Below, in pieces: positions 62,302-64,000 of a stretch of 64,000 nt of DNA (position 1 is the first letter of the stretch; every line of letters starts with the position of its first letter). The position numbers and the translations under genes were made by a program. Below the pieces are notes generated by a model. The model saw nothing but the letters and a program-made list of their open reading frames with translations. It made no database searches and was not told the origin of the DNA. Source of the DNA: Amphiscolops sp. MND2022 (lineage: Eukaryota); NCBI GenBank assembly GCA_964187785.1, contig OZ076409.1, positions 79,114,001-79,178,000 of the forward strand, read 5' to 3'.

Positions 62302-63993
62302 GTTTTTTGACTCATCATTGGGATATGAGGATTGGGAGCTCGATGATGTCGGTTTGGTCTGAGGTTTCTGAGCCTTTGAATTGGGCTTATTGTCAGTTGA
62401 GTCTTCGGGCCTAGTGCGTTTGGGTTTAAGATGTGCACCAGCACCTTGCCAACATCTTTCCTCCGGGTGGTTCTTTTTGCCACAAGTGCTACACTCCGGA
62501 TATGTTTTCTTCTGCGTCGATTTGCCTTGTTGGGCATCTTTCTCTTTTTTCTTTTTCAGTTTTTCGCAGTCCTTGACCATGTGGCCCTTTTCCTTGCAAT
62601 AATTGCAAGTGATATCGGACAGTTTCCCTGTGGACAGAGGCGTTTTAGGTTTTGTAGATGAGGAGGCCATTGTGGCCATTGGTAGGTCGTCTGACTCCTC
62701 GAGGGCGTTAAGTTCCAATTCTCTCTCCAAATGAGCAACGATCTCGTCGTATGAGCCATTTTCTAACCTGGCCATGTTGACGGACCGCTTCAGTTTTGGT
62801 GGCAGTTTTGCGTAGAGTAAGCTGTCAATCAATTTCTGTGCATGATCACCAAACGCCTTCTCGGCTCCCTGGTTTAATTCTTCGAGAAAATCAGGCAACT
62901 TCATCGTATTGGGATCGAAGACCAGACGGTGCCATTTATGTTTGGCAGTCGTCTGTGACTCGGGCTTGACGTACTTTCGTCTAAAGATGACTAATACGTC
63001 CTCTAGAGTTTGTCGGTTGTTTGAGCTGATATTTCTGAATGTCTGAAGAGCATTCTTCCTCAATAAAGAGTGGAAGTGATTGATCTTCATTTGCTCAGTC
63101 ATTTCTGGCTGCATCTTGATCATAGTGTGAAATAGGTCTTCGAACAGCTCGAATTTCTCACTTTTGCCATCGAATGTCATGGTATTTGAGTTGACTGGGC
63201 GTATGGTAAGTTGTTGGGCCGTCGGTCTATTCTGCATTGTAGTCAAGACGTCTGCCAGTCGAGTGATAGGGTCGGAGTCAGCAGCCGTAGCGATTCTCTC
63301 TTGTGCCGGGATCGTCGTGTCGAGGTTGATGTCCTCAAAGGACCTGTCGAGATGATTTCTGGATGAGATTCGTCCTGTGAGAAACTCAGGAACTGGATTT
63401 GGAAATTCGTTGTCTCCTGTCACCATGTCATGAACATTACGATGTGTTTTATCACCGTGTTCATTATTAGGAGTAGATTTAGTTTTCGCGTTGTACTGAA
63501 CTTCGGAGTAACTTTCCGGTCTCTCATCAGATCTCTCCCATCCCCTTCTAGTCTCCTGTCCTGAACCGGCCATAATAACGTTTTGAATTTGGGGCAAAAC
63601 TTGGTTATTGATGGCGTCACTTATGGCTCTCTGGATTTGAGAACTAACACTGTTCATCATCTCATCCATCTCCCTAGATATTCTAGAGTTCAGTTCACTC
63701 GATAACTTATTGATCTCAGCCTGAGAGTCTATACTCGCTGAATTTCGGTCATAACCGGCACTAGTCCCAGTTTCGGGATTTCTATGGTCAGAATGGAGAT
63801 TCATTTCCTCATTTTCTAAGTTATTACTTGCAACACTTTCTTGCCTTCTAATGGAAGTTCCATCGAGGCTTTCATCTCTCCTCATGTCACTTGAGTGGTT
63901 TTCACCTAACATTATGTCAAGGTTTTCAATGTCAGAGAGAATTTCTAATCCTCTAGATTTCCTTGCTTTCTTCTGCTTCCTTGTAGTAGGCAT
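62299..63993 (-). CDS. gag: Element B gag (564 aa, intact, two CCHC knuckles), starting within the 5' LTR
   Basis: CNYCKEKGHMVKDC and CSTCGKKNHPEERC knuckles. The first ~189 codons lie in the LTR. Confidence 0.93.
   Translation of the reverse strand: MPTTRKQKKARKSRGLEILSDIENLDIMLGENHSSDMRRDESLDGTSIRRQESVASNNLENEEMNLHSDHRNPETGTSAGYDRNSASIDSQAEINKLSSELNSRISREMDEMMNSVSSQIQRAISDAINNQVLPQIQNVIMAGSGQETRRGWERSDERPESYSEVQYNAKTKSTPNNEHGDKTHRNVHDMVTGDNEFPNPVPEFLTGRISSRNHLDRSFEDINLDTTIPAQERIATAADSDPITRLADVLTTMQNRPTAQQLTIRPVNSNTMTFDGKSEKFELFEDLFHTMIKMQPEMTEQMKINHFHSLLRKNALQTFRNISSNNRQTLEDVLVIFRRKYVKPESQTTAKHKWHRLVFDPNTMKLPDFLEELNQGAEKAFGDHAQKLIDSLLYAKLPPKLKRSVNMARLENGSYDEIVAHLERELELNALEESDDLPMATMASSSTKPKTPLSTGKLSDITCNYCKEKGHMVKDCEKLKKKKEKDAQQGKSTQKKTYPECSTCGKKNHPEERCWQGAGAHLKPKRTRPEDSTDNKPNSKAQKPQTKPTSSSSQSSYPNDESKN
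62302..62308 (-). promoter_or_regulatory. -1 ribosomal frameshift heptamer A AAA AAC (element B)
   Basis: gag ends TCA AAA AAC TAA. The -1 frame LTSPRLQYNE... is open into the pol ORF. Confidence 0.8.
63414..63425 (-). other. Primer-binding site of element B
   Basis: TGGTGACAGGAG directly after the LTR end TGACA. Confidence 0.8.
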
Positions 63994-64000
63994 TAAGACT
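63426..64000 (-). repeat. 5' LTR of element B (partial)
   Basis: Direct repeat of 49104-49677, with a few substitutions and one 1-bp indel. Confidence 0.93.

Larger units (their letters stand above)
49104..64000 (-). mobile_element. Ty3/Gypsy LTR retrotransposon B (>14.9 kb; 5' LTR truncated by the window edge), same architecture as A
   Basis: 49104-49677 is repeated at 63426-64000. PBS, intact gag, 1610-aa pol ORF, antisense spliced gene and ORF3. Confidence 0.95.

Overview
Repeat-rich animal genomic DNA with spliceosomal introns and a DEG/ENaC channel gene. It is not prokaryotic. The window is dominated by two related but clearly diverged, unusually large Ty3/Gypsy LTR retrotransposons on the minus strand. 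Element A (17897-33802) is complete, with 1.7-kb LTRs and a GTCCC target-site duplication. Element B (49104 to beyond 64000) is cut by the window edge. Both share a four-gene layout: (1) gag starting inside the 5' LTR; (2) pol reached by an AAAAAAC -1 frameshift; (3) an antisense, multi-intron gene of about 1270-1280 codons whose product looks like a BED-finger hAT transposase lacking catalytic residues; (4) a sense non-env ORF of about 265 aa that reads into the 3' LTR. The window also holds a full-length Ingi-like non-LTR retrotransposon (37611-42173, 11-bp TSD) that begins exactly at an HDV-like ribozyme and encodes a 2A (DIELNPGP) motif, three PHD-like fingers, APE, RT and RNase H. Other content: a 3-exon DEG/ENaC gene with LDLa-LDLa-CUB modules in its ectodomain, the probable 3' end of another LTR element with an orphan >607-aa ORF, a decayed Gypsy, and several MITE- and Helentron-like repeats, including a three-level nested insertion. 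All calls come from manual reading; no database searches were run.
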